NCBI GenBank assembly: GCA_965113315.1
Contig: OZ220370.1
DNA: 64,000 nt
Origin: Podarcis vaucheri
Taxonomy: Eukaryota
Reading direction: 5' to 3' (one strand)
Positions within the stretch are counted from its first letter, which is position 1. Every line of letters begins with the position of its first letter. Position numbers and translations under genes: made by a program. The notes under the pieces were generated by a model. That model saw only the letters and a program-made list of their open reading frames with translations, did no database searches and had not been told where the DNA came from. Shown one piece after another: positions 12,111 to 24,848 of this stretch.

Positions 12111-15070
12111 ACTAGTCCTAACACTATTTTGTTCATTGTTTCTTTGCAAAAATATTCTGCAATATGAAATGAGAAATGTCAGAACACAATACAACTTAAA
12201 TAAATATAACTAGATAAACTTAAGTTTTCAAGCAAAACATCTAAGGAAATTGATGTGGCCATTTTAAGGGGAAAATGAATAACTTCAAGGTTCATAAATT
12301 AATATGTTTCTTAATTGTGAACTCTTCAGAGACATGCTTTTTTAAAGTAAGAAATAGTGTATATACTTCAGCTCTGCCCTAAACCCTGGGAATACTGTAA
12401 TATGTAAAGCTAATAAAATATCTTACTTTTAGTCCCAAAGGGAAAAACCTTTAATATTAGATGAGTTAATTACCATGTGGAAACCAACCAACATTTCCCA
12501 AAAACATTGGCTGGATCTAGACACATCAAAGTAGCATTGCAAACTTTGTATGAGAAACCAAGTCAGCAAAAACGGAACTCCACAGCACCAACTGGTGTCA
12601 CAGTGTTAGAATGCATAAACAATGCATACAAAGTGCTTTTTCTTTGCCAATGTAGCTGAGTCCATTAACAAGGTATGCTGAATATAAACTACATGTCCTG
12701 TCACAAGAACAAGAAAACAGCCCACTCAACAAGCATAATACAATTTTCATTGTTCTGAGTCATTGTATTTGTTGTGTGGCCCAGATCTATGGGCCTATGC
12801 AAATAAATCATTCAGGTTCAAGACACACCAACCAGCATCCAACAATTATTTCCTGCCAATTCAAAATATAATAACTTCCAATGTCCACTATATTAATGTT
12901 TCAATCATTATTTCTCAACTTTCTCAGATTTACAAGAGAATACACACACTCACTCAAACCCACACCCCACACCAAAGTCTTAACATAATAAAAGCATTTC
13001 CTGCCTCCATAGAAATAAATTATTTAAGGAGATACTAAGCATCAGAGCCACTATCTTAATCTTAATCTATATGCAGGATAACCTACAATGTGCCTATTTG
13101 CACTACAGTAACAGTTATGTCCCCACCCTTAACTTAAAAGCGCGGGGGCGGAGATTGCATAAATTAGGTTTAGTTGTATTTGAAAGTATTGATCACATTC
13201 ATGAGTACAATGCTATAGAAACGATTGTTGTTGTATACATTTTCCCCTTAAACAATAGTAACAGTGTTCAGCAGCAGAAAATGCCAACTTGACAACGCCC
13301 ACCTTCAAACACTTACAAGGAAGAAAAGGGGCAAAGAATACCATTTTCACAGTTACAGATATATTGGATTAAATAACAGAGGAAGCCTATTGATATGTAT
13401 CAAGCTGAGAATTCTAAGTGTTTCTTCCCTCAAGGTTAAGAGAAAGGTAACAATAGCCAACATAGTTAAATGCATCAAAATGTGCAACATCAGACAAATA
13501 CACAAGATGAAGTTTAAGTGCATGTCCTTGTACAAAGAGAACTAGACAGACTTAAGCTCTAAGTATTAGAAAATGAAGTTATCAGGTGTAATTGTGTTTA
13601 CCACTATAGTATTTGACCTATTTAAGCACTAGGCTAGCAAGCACAAAAACCAAGAGAGTGCACCTTCCTTTTCCCTTAGATTTGTAATTAGTAGGCTTTT
13701 TAATTTTCTTTTTTTAAGAGCCTCACTAGATACTGCATTGTAATTACAGCATTGCAAGAACAATGCATACCCCCCTGAGATCTTCCTCCTCCTGAAAATA
13801 GAGCATATATATACTGCTTAGATTATTTTGCTGTGCTTCACAAAATTCTTAGTGTTCGACATTTTCTACTACACACTATGTATGCGCATGTATATATATA
13901 TATATATATCTTTCAATATAACTGTTACAAGGCAACTGCAAGGTTATCAGTAGTCACTTTCAAAAAGGAGGGGAATAAGAATATGCTTGAAATCCTCACT
14001 CTATCTGCTAAGGAATGCTGTTGCTCAATTGTCATGCTCTGCATCTTTCACATTACACAGAAAACATGAACATACCAAATATGAAGTCATTGCACTTCTG
14101 AAACACACCTTGCAATCTTCCACAGACTCTGCAGTTCAATGTAAAATCTCACCAGTTCTTCTTTTATCTTCAGCCTGTAATATAAGTAAAACCCACACCC
14201 TGCATACTGGCTGTTTTACAAAAGCAAGCAGCAATGAGCAGAGATAACATATTAGAATATCTGTTCTGCGTTAACTTAAACCAACATTGCCTTGATGTAA
14301 ACCAAAACACATGCTGAGTGAGGATGTGCGCACATAGCAGCTTATCTCCTCTCTCATCTGCTTCTAATGACAGCTGATAAACTAGCCACAACTAATCCTT
14401 TTCTAGCTGGTGATCAAATAGACAATCCAGTATGGTGGAGCACTCGAAAATTCCTCCGGCTTCTGTTCTACTGCTGCTCTAAAAAGCAGTTTCCTTTTCA
14501 TTGAGATAATAGCCTTTTCTGCAGTCACATGACTCAGAACCTACATTAGCACAGCGTTATGATAATAGACCTCACCCCCCCACACACACTTTCTACTGCT
14601 ATTAAGGAGGGCATCTCTTCTAAAACCCACTTAAAACATTTTGCAGAGTGAAGTGCCAACATTGTATATCTCCTTGGGAAAAAACACACACAATGAAAGC
14701 ATTCTGATGCTATGTCTTCTCAATAATGCATACACCATAACTATAAACACTTAATACAGACTGAAAACAAATATTACGCATGATGTTTATTAGGCATAAG
14801 TAATTATTTAGTTTATGAACTCTAGATTTCTAGCCTTGATTTAAGTTTAACCATATTTATTTTTTCCTCTGTAACACTTAACACATAAACCCTTTGTAAA
14901 TTTGCTCCTATATGCACACTGTAAAAACAATAAATATGTTTTCGGTTCTGCACTAGCCGTGATATTTCTTCAGTTCCCCTCCCCTTATGGCGGTGAAAGT
15001 TTTGCAAACCTAACTAACTTTCCAGTTGAAATCCAGATCACTGAGGCAGTTTGCTTCAAATTCAAGAGTA

Positions 15071-15290
15071 CAGTGGTACCTCAGGTTAAGAACTTAATTC
15101 GTTCTGGAGGTCCGTTCTTAACCTGAAACTGTTCTTAACCTGAGGTACCATTTTAGCTAATGGAGCCTGCTGCTGCGCTGCCAGAGCACCGCCAGATTTC
15201 TGTTCTAATCCTGAAGCAAATTTATTAACCCGAGGTACTATTTCTGGGTTAGTCTGTAACCTGAAGCGTCTGTAACCCGAGGTACCACTG
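15071..15290. mobile_element. Tc1/mariner (Tigger-like) MITE, family copy 1 of 5
   Basis: TIR CAGTGGTACCTC(A/G)GGTTA with TA TSD; near-identical to copies at 19190, 33087, 45641 and 61422. Confidence 0.93.
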
Positions 15291-15341
15291 TATGTATTTT
15301 CTTACAAAAGTGACGATTTGGAAGGTTCATCTACTCAATTT

Positions 15342-15530
15342 TTAATTATTGCATTTATATTCCACCTTTTCCAGTGATTTCTCAAGTTACATGGTTCTCT
15401 GCCTCCTTGTTTAATCCCCAGAACTCCCTGAGGTAGGTTAGGCTGATGCCGTTGAGTGGGCCGAGGTCACCCTTGAACTTAAAAGATTTGAACCCTGGTC
15501 TCCTAGGTCCTAGTCAGACTCTCTAACTAC
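15342..15530 (-). mobile_element. Old CORE-type (Squam3/MIR-like) SINE
   Basis: CCCTGAGGTAGGTTAGGCTGA...GAGGTCACCC...GATTTGAACCCTGGTCTCC (B box on the minus strand); related to the 62291 copy. Confidence 0.7.
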
Positions 15531-16397
15531 TCAATAAACAACTCCCCCAAAATACAGATGATTTTTGAAGTCTTGTAGTATCAGAAAGTCATGTGTATTG
15601 AAAGCGTGCAAATTTCATCTTTTAGGAGTTTTTTTTGTTGTCACACTGCTACAAAGAAACAGTGTGAAGGAATCTTGGTTTGAGAATAAGATGGGCCAGA
15701 ATACAGAAGAATATAGCCAATATCTGTATGTAATATTTTGAAACCTTTTAAAACACGAAATTCTATTTATGTGCACAGACTAGAAGTGTGAAAACTTTGC
15801 AGTAAAGATACATTTCAGCAAAACAGTGTTATCAGGGAAAAATATAGTTTATATAATTTTACTAAATATAAATATGAAGTGGTCATAGTAATGATATTAC
15901 TCTTAATATCCAGCCACAGCACAGACAAGATTCCTAACAGGGAACATTACCAATTGTAGTTTAGATTCTCATCCACTATGCTTCTCCAGCTCTAAGGCCA
16001 GGTTTGAAAAATTGCTTTAATTCTCAGGTACCAACCTTGTTCAGAGCTGGAAAATATTTAAAATTGCTAGGTATTGACATGTTTTGGCTTTCTGAAGTTC
16101 TGGTTTAAGATACCTTCTTGCAGGAGAATATATAATCAGACTGCTTAAACACCCTATGCCTTCGATAAATTAAAAATAAAATTGTTTTCCCTTATGTTGT
16201 ACTAAAATTTGCAGTACATATTTTATATTTAAAGGTGAGAGTGCCATGCATGATACCCCTACAATCCTGAAGAATAAAGGTCTAATGGATGGGATGCATA
16301 GCAATATTAGCTGTCACATTTCTTTTATCCATGCAGATCACTTGCTTTAGAGCCCCCCACCCCCCCTTTAATTTCTTTTCCTGAGAAAAGGGTGGCA

Positions 16398-16790
16398 AGC
16401 ACTCTGATTAAATTTGCAGATGATATGAACATGGGAGGAATAGTGAGCACTGCTGAGGCAGATCTAATATTCAAGAACAGAAAGGCAGTGAAAAATAAAA
16501 TGAGCTTCCACAAGGATAAATGCAAAGTAACCCGCTTGGGAAGTTAAAATTAAAGGAGCATGTACAAAATGAGAGCATGTTGGCTAGACAGTGGTACTGA
16601 ACTGCAGACAGATGTTGAGTTAACAGCGGCTGTAGATCTAAGGCAGACACTACAATACAGTGGTAAAAGGCATACTGGCAGTATTGCAATGAAAAATAAA
16701 GGGAGCAGAAATACCGTAAATAAAAAGAAAGCCCTAAATGCCAATAGAACATAAAATAAAGAGCCTTCAACAATGCACAGCTGATAGAAT
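16398..16790 (+). mobile_element. Decayed CR1 LINE reverse transcriptase fragment
   Basis: Translates to STLIKFADDMNMGGIV...MSFHKDKCKVTRLG, matching CR1 KFADDTKLGG...MKFNKDKCKVLHLG. Confidence 0.8.
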
Positions 16791-17796
16791 AACAGCAAAT
16801 AGGACTGGGGGAACGCAGATGCAGAAGAAATTACTAACCCATATCAACATTTGGTGAAGTTGCCACATGAATATAGCACCCATCAGAGTTCCAGCGATGT
16901 CATATTTAGTGTCTCAGTGAACAACCAGTAGCAGTGAATATGGTTCTCATCAGCTCAGTGACAATGACTATAGGATACTGGGGTCCACTGCTCTATTTGA
17001 TGTAGCCTAAGAAGCAGCAATTTTGGCTCAAAAGCAAAAACTGCAGTTAAGTAGAACACTGGGACCATTCAGTCACAATGTCAAACCATGGTTTTGTGTT
17101 ATGTGACCAAGCCATGTGACTGAGTCCTGGGCAGACTCAGGTTTGCACAAAACCCCTTTGACGTCTGCTCAGCTGCTGATTCTTACTTCCTAGTTTGTTT
17201 GAACAAGCAAAGTATGGTTTGCTACAAACAAGGATAAGAAGTTTGGAAATGTAGGGTGTGAATTTAGGAGAGAGGAAATGGAACCATGCAAGTGTTTCTT
17301 CAGTTCATATCAAACTATAGTCTGCCACTGCCTCTGAAGGGGCCTGCTATTAGTGATAGAATAAGGCATTTATGGGAATATAATAATTGAGGAACCATAA
17401 TCTAGGCCCAAGATAATCTAAGTTCAGGTGCGGTATCAAAAACTCAAAAGAGTTTTTGACGTCAGATAGAGGTAGAAGACAAACTAACACAGTTTACAAG
17501 AGAACCTGAATCAAACCACAGCACAGTGCAGATCAAGGTATTATTATATTTTCTTATTTATAGCTGCCCTTCCTCCCAGAATAGCCCAGAGCCAGGTAGT
17601 GTCATTTCTACACTGAGACACCCACAGTTTGTGCATGTATGTGTAAAGGATAAAGATGTCAGGAGATGCAACAACTGGTTGGACTAGATACCCTTTGAAG
17701 TTTCTTCCAAATCTACATTTTTAAGGATGATTGGCACAGACCAGTGAATACAATGGTCAGAACTGACCAAAATACTCTCAAAGCAAGGTTCTATAC

Positions 17797-17930
17797 AGAA
17801 TAGAATCTTAGAATTGTAGAGTTGGGAGGGACTACAAGGCTCATCTTGTCCAATCCCCTACAATGCAAGAATCTTTTGCCCAAGACCACAACTCTGAGAT
17901 TAAGAGTCTCATGCTCTACCAACTAAACTA
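17797..17930 (-). mobile_element. tRNA-Lys-derived SINE with CR1-type tail
   Basis: Reverse complement reads TTGGTAGAGCATGAGACTCTTAATCTCAGAGTTG followed by a CR1 tail CCCAACTCTACAATTCTAAGATTCTA. Confidence 0.8.
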
Positions 17931-18815
17931 TCCTTCATGGACATGTAATAATTAGAGGGTACTCTGTAAGCAAACAAACAAATCCTATTCCATTCATTCA
18001 TTTACCGTTCCGTTCCATACATCAAACCACTATGACAAAGTCTTGATTACCCATTTCCTCCCATAAGGGTTTAATATCCTGCATTACTGCAATGTCAATG
18101 CCTGGCTAAAAAAGCATTTCTGAAACCATACAGCAGATTCTTCTCTTAGATATGTGCAGGACATGTATGAAGGAACTGAGCTAGTTACTGGATTGCTTGT
18201 AATGGAAATGTGTCTTGCCTGTATGCCTTGTTACAACTTGTATGTGGATTGTTATAAGGTTAACCTGGAGTCGTACCAGATGCCCTGAGGTTCATTAGGC
18301 ATTTGTCATTGTTGATGTGTCTAACAGCACATCTCTCTCCTAGGGTGGGAAATTTAAAAGCTTTGAGTAGGTACCTCAATGGGAACAGCATGACTGACTA
18401 GAGGGGTCTATCAAAAGAGAGAGTGAGGAGGTGGGTAGAGCAAGAATATATCGTGTTTTGGGATGTCTAAGAGAAGGGCATGAAGGATAAAGTCTACTTG
18501 TGAGTAAGGAATACTAGTAAAACTACAATCTGTTGTTAACACTAGCCTAATAAGCCGCCAAAATATTGTAGAATAGGCTACAGGATCACGTTTATCCAAT
18601 TTTGGTTGGGTTTTGCTGCAAAAGCAGTATGTTGGGTTTCAGTAATTTTGGGGTATCATTTTCTCTCTCTTTTTCACATTTATATGTCTGTTGTTCTCTC
18701 AGCTTATTCCAAACACTCCCATGCCTTTAGATTTAACCTCACACTATCCAAGGAGGCTCCAGAGATAGGGAACCTTGGGATGTTGCTTGCTATGGGGCTG
18801 CCTGGCAAATAATTA

Positions 18816-19179
18816 CCGTATTTTTTGCACCATAACACTCACTTTTTTCCTCCTAGAAAATAAGGGGAAATGTCTGTGTGTGTTATGGAGCGAATGCCTG
18901 CGGGTGGCGGGGGGGATCTGCTGCAGCTGTGAGCAGAGGATCCATGGTTCCCCTTCCTTCCCTCCTCCGTGGTTACAAAGCATGGATCCACATGGATCCT
19001 CAGGATTTTTGCATTGGGCTACCCCAAACTCATTGTCAGATCACATGTCTGTGGCCACAGCATGAACCACAAAAATCATATATCCACTATTTCATTTAGA
19101 ACATTTTTCCCTTGTTTTCCTCCTTTAAAAACTACGTGTGTGTTATGGTCTGGTGCGTGTTATAGAGCGAAAAATACGG
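18816..19179. mobile_element. Tc2/pogo-like MITE
   Basis: TA-CCGTATTTTTTGCACCATAACAC ... GTGTTATAGAGCGAAAAATACGG-TA. Confidence 0.92.
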
Positions 19180-19189
19180 TATTCACTTA

Positions 19190-19415
19190 CAGTGGTACCT
19201 CAGTTTAAGTACTTAATTCGTTCCGGAGTTCCGTTCTTAACCTGAAACTGTACTTAACCTGAAGCACCACTTTAGCTAATGGGGCCTCCCGCTGCTGTTG
19301 CACCGCTGGAGCACGATTTCTGTTCTCATCCTGAAGCAAAGTTCTTAACCCGAGATATTATTTCTGGGTTAGCGGAGTCTGTAACCTGAAGCGTATGTAA
19401 CCCGAGGTACCACTG
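19190..19415. mobile_element. Tc1/mariner (Tigger-like) MITE, copy 2 of 5
   Basis: TIRs CAGTGGTACCTC / GAGGTACCACTG with TA TSD. Confidence 0.93.
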
Positions 19416-21733
19416 TATTTGGTAGTGGAGATTACCTCAATTGAGAGTACAGGAGAGGGTACACTCTGTTGTTACCAGGTCTCCTTTCCCAGGCAGTACG
19501 GGACCCAGGGTGGCTGGGATGTGTCCATCACAATATGTATCTGTAAAATGTATATTTGAAGTGTGTAATACAACCATACATCTCACTGCTCCAAAGAGAT
19601 GGAATAGTTAATAGTTTCATTTTAGCTCACTATGTAGGCCAACACTAAGCAAAAATATCATTCATAGTAAATAAAGGGTGGGGGGAGAGATAAATGCAGC
19701 TCAGGCAAACTTTGCTACACAGTGCCAATGGTATTCGGATCTTACTGTTATTTTTACACAAATAAGATAATGGGGGTGGTGGTGAGAAATAATGTGTGCA
19801 TAGTTCCAGTTGAAAATGGAAACTGTTTTATATTGACACAGAATATTGAAAAGGGCTTTTAAATTCATCCACAAATTATTTTTAAACTAACAATTTAAAG
19901 TGACTACAATTAATATAAACTTTACACCTAACTCTGTAAATATTCAGCTTCTGGAAAAGTCTACAGTCTTGGATAAGTCAGGTTTTTCTCCCTTCTGAGA
20001 ATTTGATATTATTTGAAATGGTAAACATCAGAAAGGATATTTAATAAATATTATTTGTAAGTTTGAGTTGCACCTAGAGTCTAAAAATGAAGGCAAAAAT
20101 GCTAGAAACTTGTCTTACAGTCACTTTTAAAATCTAGCAAAGACATACACTACAAAAGAAGTTCATACGCTATCAAAATGTGGAACCACCCTTTTTTTTA
20201 ACCTTTATTCCATAACACGGGAGTTCTTTGCCATTAAATTTACACTAGAAAGCCAATGTCAAGTTCAACCTTATAAGGATATATCGTTTGAGCCTGCTAG
20301 TCACACAAATCTTAGAATGCCTGGCATTTGCAACCGGAGTAACGCAGCAGTGGAAGTGCAGAAGTGCAGAAGAAATGGAGTATCTGCCCTCACTAGTCAA
20401 AAGATACCTAAAAAATTATGGTGGTGACATGAGTATTTTAAACAAGCCAATGACATTGAGGAGCTGTAGAGTCCTCACATGGTCCCATCAAATAGTCCCC
20501 AATACTAATCAACAGTTGCAAGAAGATGCTTCTGTCAAGGAACAACTGCATTCAGCCACTTGATATATTAAAACAAAAAGTCGTTACAAGTATCTGCTAA
20601 CATCAGACAATTGCTTGAACATTACTCACTCTGTATTTAAAAGCAACTAAATAGTTAACAAAAATTTGCACAGACACGTCCATAGTGGACTTTGTGCTTT
20701 GTTTTCCCTAAGTTCAGAAGGTCTGTTTACTATGTTTTGAGTGGGTGGGAGTGTTTCTGGTGTTGTAATTCTCTCTAGTTATGACAAGACTACTTCTGCA
20801 AAAAAGAAGCAGCGTTGGTTGTTCGGAACGATCCAATTCAAACTCAGATCTGTATTCGATTTGAAATCCTTTCGCAGGAATCCTTTGACTCTTTAGAGCT
20901 TTGCAAAGGATACTGTACATAGTTGACAATAATTTGCAGACTACAAAAGGAGATGGAACTACTAGCTTGGAAACTCCATGGATTGTTCCCTTTGCTAGCA
21001 AGAAACAGATTAGATAGCATAATAATAACAACAGATAGTGTAATGATAAAATAATCATAGTAGCACACACACACACACCGCTGCTACTTGTAAGATTTAT
21101 CCCATTGGTCTGTTTTAACATTTGGTTTTTAATTTAAAAAAATTAATTGATAGGTTTTCTGTTTTTACTAATGTATTTCTTTGTAATTATTTAAAGTTTT
21201 TTCTTCTTAATTTTTTTTACTGTGTTTTATGTAAACTGCTTTTGTGTTTTCCATGGTTTATAAATATAATCATAACCATAATGTGCTGCTTTAGATTCTA
21301 TTGCTGTTGTTTTATAGTATATGTTTTGTTTTATTTTACTATTACTGTATTTCTGTTTCTACTATAAAACTGTCCTGGGAAAGTTTATTGGAACAAAAAA
21401 ATATACAACGTTTGTTTGTTGCAGGTGGCATTTTCATCGATAAATATGATTAATAATTATTATTTTGTGTGGGAGAGTTATTGGCTTGGAGGGGGCTTGT
21501 TCTTGATTTTATTGTGTATTTTGAGTTTTTATCTTGTATTTTATGTTGCGAAGCCTATTGAAATGATTTGGCCTTACACCTGAGAAACTATTGAAATTAA
21601 TATAATCTAGAGAAAGTCTAAACCTGGTACTGAACAGTTTTGTTCCCTTTTTAGCTGTATCATATAAATGCATACTTGAGCTGCTTTCCAAGTTTAAATT
21701 AATTCTAAACACTAATTAGTATTCCTTTGTTTA

Positions 21734-21865
21734 GGTAGGTAGCCGTGTTGGTCTGACGCAGTCGAAATAAATTTCAAAAATTAAAAAATTGTCCAATAGC
21801 ACCTTAGAGACCAACTAAGTTTGTTCTGGGTATAAGCTTCATTGTGCATGCACACTTCTTCAGAC
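21734..21865 (-). mobile_element. Penelope-like element remnant (single arm, degenerate hammerhead)
   Basis: Homologous to 4696-4819; imperfect TSD AGT(A/G)TTCCTTTGT(T/G)TA. Confidence 0.78.
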
Positions 21866-22731
21866 AGTGTTCCTTTGTGTAAGTCAGGTCTTCCAGCCAA
21901 AAAAAAAAGAGTGTTTGTCTCATCAAAATTCCCCTTACGGACTGCATAAGGAGCTGTCAAGCTATTGAAATATATACTGAACTACTAAAATATTCAAGTG
22001 TAATGAACAGAGCAAGTAACACTTCTCAGAAGAGCTCAGACTTTGATAATCATATGGATGGAGTGTGTAAACATGCAATATCAGCATGAAACACTAGCAC
22101 AAACAGAAGCATAAGCATCAAGGAACTTCAGCATGCTTTTCAAGACTTTCTGTCATTAGACATGAGGAACATTTGCCCAACCTTTAATGCAAAACTGCTG
22201 TAAGCTAAAGTACGGCCACACAATTTTCCATTACTTTTACTGTAAGTTTTAAGGAAATACTAGTAAATTATTACATTATTATTAAAGAAGGCAACAAACA
22301 TGCCTCCCAGGGAAGAGCATTCCACATGTGAGGCGCCACCAATGAAAAGAGCCAATATTATGTTGCCACCCTCCAATGGAGGGGGCGCATGAACTAGGGC
22401 CTCAGATGATAATTCACGGCTTCAGGTTGATGCTTGTGAACTTTCAAGACTGATAGAAAGCAAAAGATATGCGGTCCTACGTGCCTGGATTACTACAAAA
22501 GTCTGAAAATCAAATACTCTTTATTTTCTACCTTGCACTAAGAATATGGCATTATTAACACTGAGCGGGCCATGGAATAGAATGCTAGGTTAAAGAAGCG
22601 TAATGTTGTGTATGTTTATTCAGCAGTAATTACTACTGCGTCTATTTGGAATAAGTGTATTCCTTTGGACTACAGTCTGAGGCTAATCTTTTACACACTT
22701 ACTAGATGGTAGATCAGTTGAATAGGGTTTA

Positions 22732-23075
22732 CAGTGGTGCCTCGCAAGACAAAATTAATCCGTTCCACGAGTCTCTTCGTCTAGAGGTTTTTCCGTCTTG
22801 CAAAGCAACCCTATTAGCAGCTTAGCGGATTAGCGCTATTAGCGGTTTAGCGGCTATTAAAGGCTTAGCGGCTATGCGGCTAAAAGGCTATTAGCGGCTT
22901 AGCGGCTTAGAAAAGGGGGGGGAGCGGAAAAAAATCGGAACACTCGCAAGGTGTTTTCGTCTTGCAAAGCAAGCCCATAGAGGAAATCGTCTTGCGAAGC
23001 AGCTCAAAAACGGAAAACCCTTTCGTCTAGCGGGTTTTCCGTCTTGCGAGGCATTCGTCTTGCGGGGCACCACTG
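22732..23075. mobile_element. Tc1/mariner-type MITE with internal TTAGCGG-like minisatellite
   Basis: TA-CAGTGGTGCCTCGCAAGAC ... GTCTTGCGGGGCACCACTG-TA. Confidence 0.92.
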
Positions 23076-23177
23076 TACTTCTGAATAAACATGCATAGTA
23101 TTGCATGCATGTAACCTAGAAACATATACCTTGGCTTGCTCTAGAAATGGAGAGAACAGGGATTTACTGTTACAGAT

Positions 23178-23215
23178 ACACACACACACACACACACACA
23201 CACACTACACACACA
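23178..23215. repeat. (CA)n microsatellite
   Basis: Interrupted CA run. Confidence 0.95.
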
Positions 23216-24531
23216 TGCTTAAAGAATATAGGTACTGTCTCAGGAAAATCCACAAAATCTATAGGGAATTAGATAGGTTGCTGCACTCTGCACCAATAGC
23301 TATTCTAAAAACTTCTCAAATAGGAATACTACAGTAGTCAACTGAAGAGCTGTGAGGTGCAGGTGACTGACGCTAAACCCATTCTCTCTAGATGAAGGCA
23401 CAATTAATCAGAGGAAGAAAATAAAATGCGGGCCTGGTTGCAGCTTATTAACAGCTCATTCAGAAGTAGTCTTGAGATGCAAAAACCTTAGAAAACCACA
23501 TCAGCAATCATCAGCTGACTATCTACTTCTGAAGTTGGATTTCCCAACCCTATCACTTCTGTTTTGCCTGAAACTAACACTGTCCCCAACAAGATCTTCC
23601 AGGCACTGCTTAAGAACCAAAGCTGCTCTTCCCATATATGATCTTCACTGAAAACCAGAATTCTCATTATCATGCCACATTTAAAAACTCCACTGAGTCT
23701 TTCACAAGGCTTCAGATTGATCTTAGAAAGTAAGGAAAGAACAGAACCAGGATTATAAAATGTATGCCTGTGAATACAAGTTTCTAGAGAACCTGAAGAA
23801 GAGTGCTATTGTACTCATGTGCTGCTTGTGGGCTCCTCTATCAACTTGCTTGGCCAGTGTGAGAAAAGGGTGCTGGATTAGAGGAGCCTTTGGTCATCAT
23901 CACCATCATCATTTTTAATTTGTATACCATCTTTCTATCTTACTCAAGGTGGTTTACAAGCTGAAGAAACAAAAAATGTACATCTTATAACAATCTAATG
24001 CAATACAAAAATGTGATAATAAAACATAACTTTAAAATAAGCAACCTACATCAAAAAAGTAACAATCTTTAGAATAGTATAAAATAATAGTATCAGCATA
24101 TAAAAGTTAAACAGAAATTCACTCTTAACAGTTACGATAAGTAATTTCTAAACTATCATCAATAAAACAATGGCAAGCCACAGTACATAAAATAATACAA
24201 CAAAAATCGAGAAGCAGATACTAGAGGTTGGAGCAAGGCAGGTGGAAGAAAGCCTTGCATCCTATATGATACAAGCCATGATTTTGAGCTCATAATCTTA
24301 CAGCATGAGTTTTATAAAATTAGAAAAGAACAGAGCCAACACTCACACACTACTTTAAACCACAATTAAAAATAATGTCTGAACCCGGGCTTGTGGTTTA
24401 CCTCTCTGCAAAACAGGTCATGAGCTTTAACCAATGGTTGTACTCTAGCAGCAGAACAGTCCTATACTTCTCTACTCAGAAGCAAGACCCACTGAGTTCA
24501 ATAGGACTTGTTTCCAAGTAAGTACATACAG

Positions 24532-24848
24532 CAGTGGTTCTCAAAGGTGAGGCATGCCACATGGATGTGGCAAGAGATGTTGGCAAGTGTGGTGGCAAGA
24601 CTCAAGGACAATCAATATTATATTTTGGGATTGATTCGTGTTCTTATGTATCTTCATTATTTTATACTTTTTGGGGAACCTATGATCATATTATAAAGTA
24701 GCTGTGTACCACGTTATAAATCAAGCACTGCTGGGAGTTATTTTTGTTTTGTACTGTTATTTCTTATCAATAAAAAAATTCAGCGTTGAATGAGCAATTT
24801 TTTTATTCTGATACAGTGGCCCAGATAAAAAAAGTTTGAGAACCAGTG
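24532..24848. mobile_element. hAT MITE nested in a ~90-bp palindromic element
   Basis: TIR CAGTGGTTCTCAAA / TTTGAGAACCAGTG; 8-bp TSD (A/G)CATACAG. Confidence 0.85.

Noticed and set aside
17070-17330. AAACCATGGTTT-containing old palindromic repeats (also near 24340, 55310, 57810, 58760)
   Set aside because: Probably old MITEs, but termini and TSDs could not be defined well enough to report as features.
18100-18810. Possible solo LTR
   Set aside because: No TG...CA termini, TSD or second copy identified.
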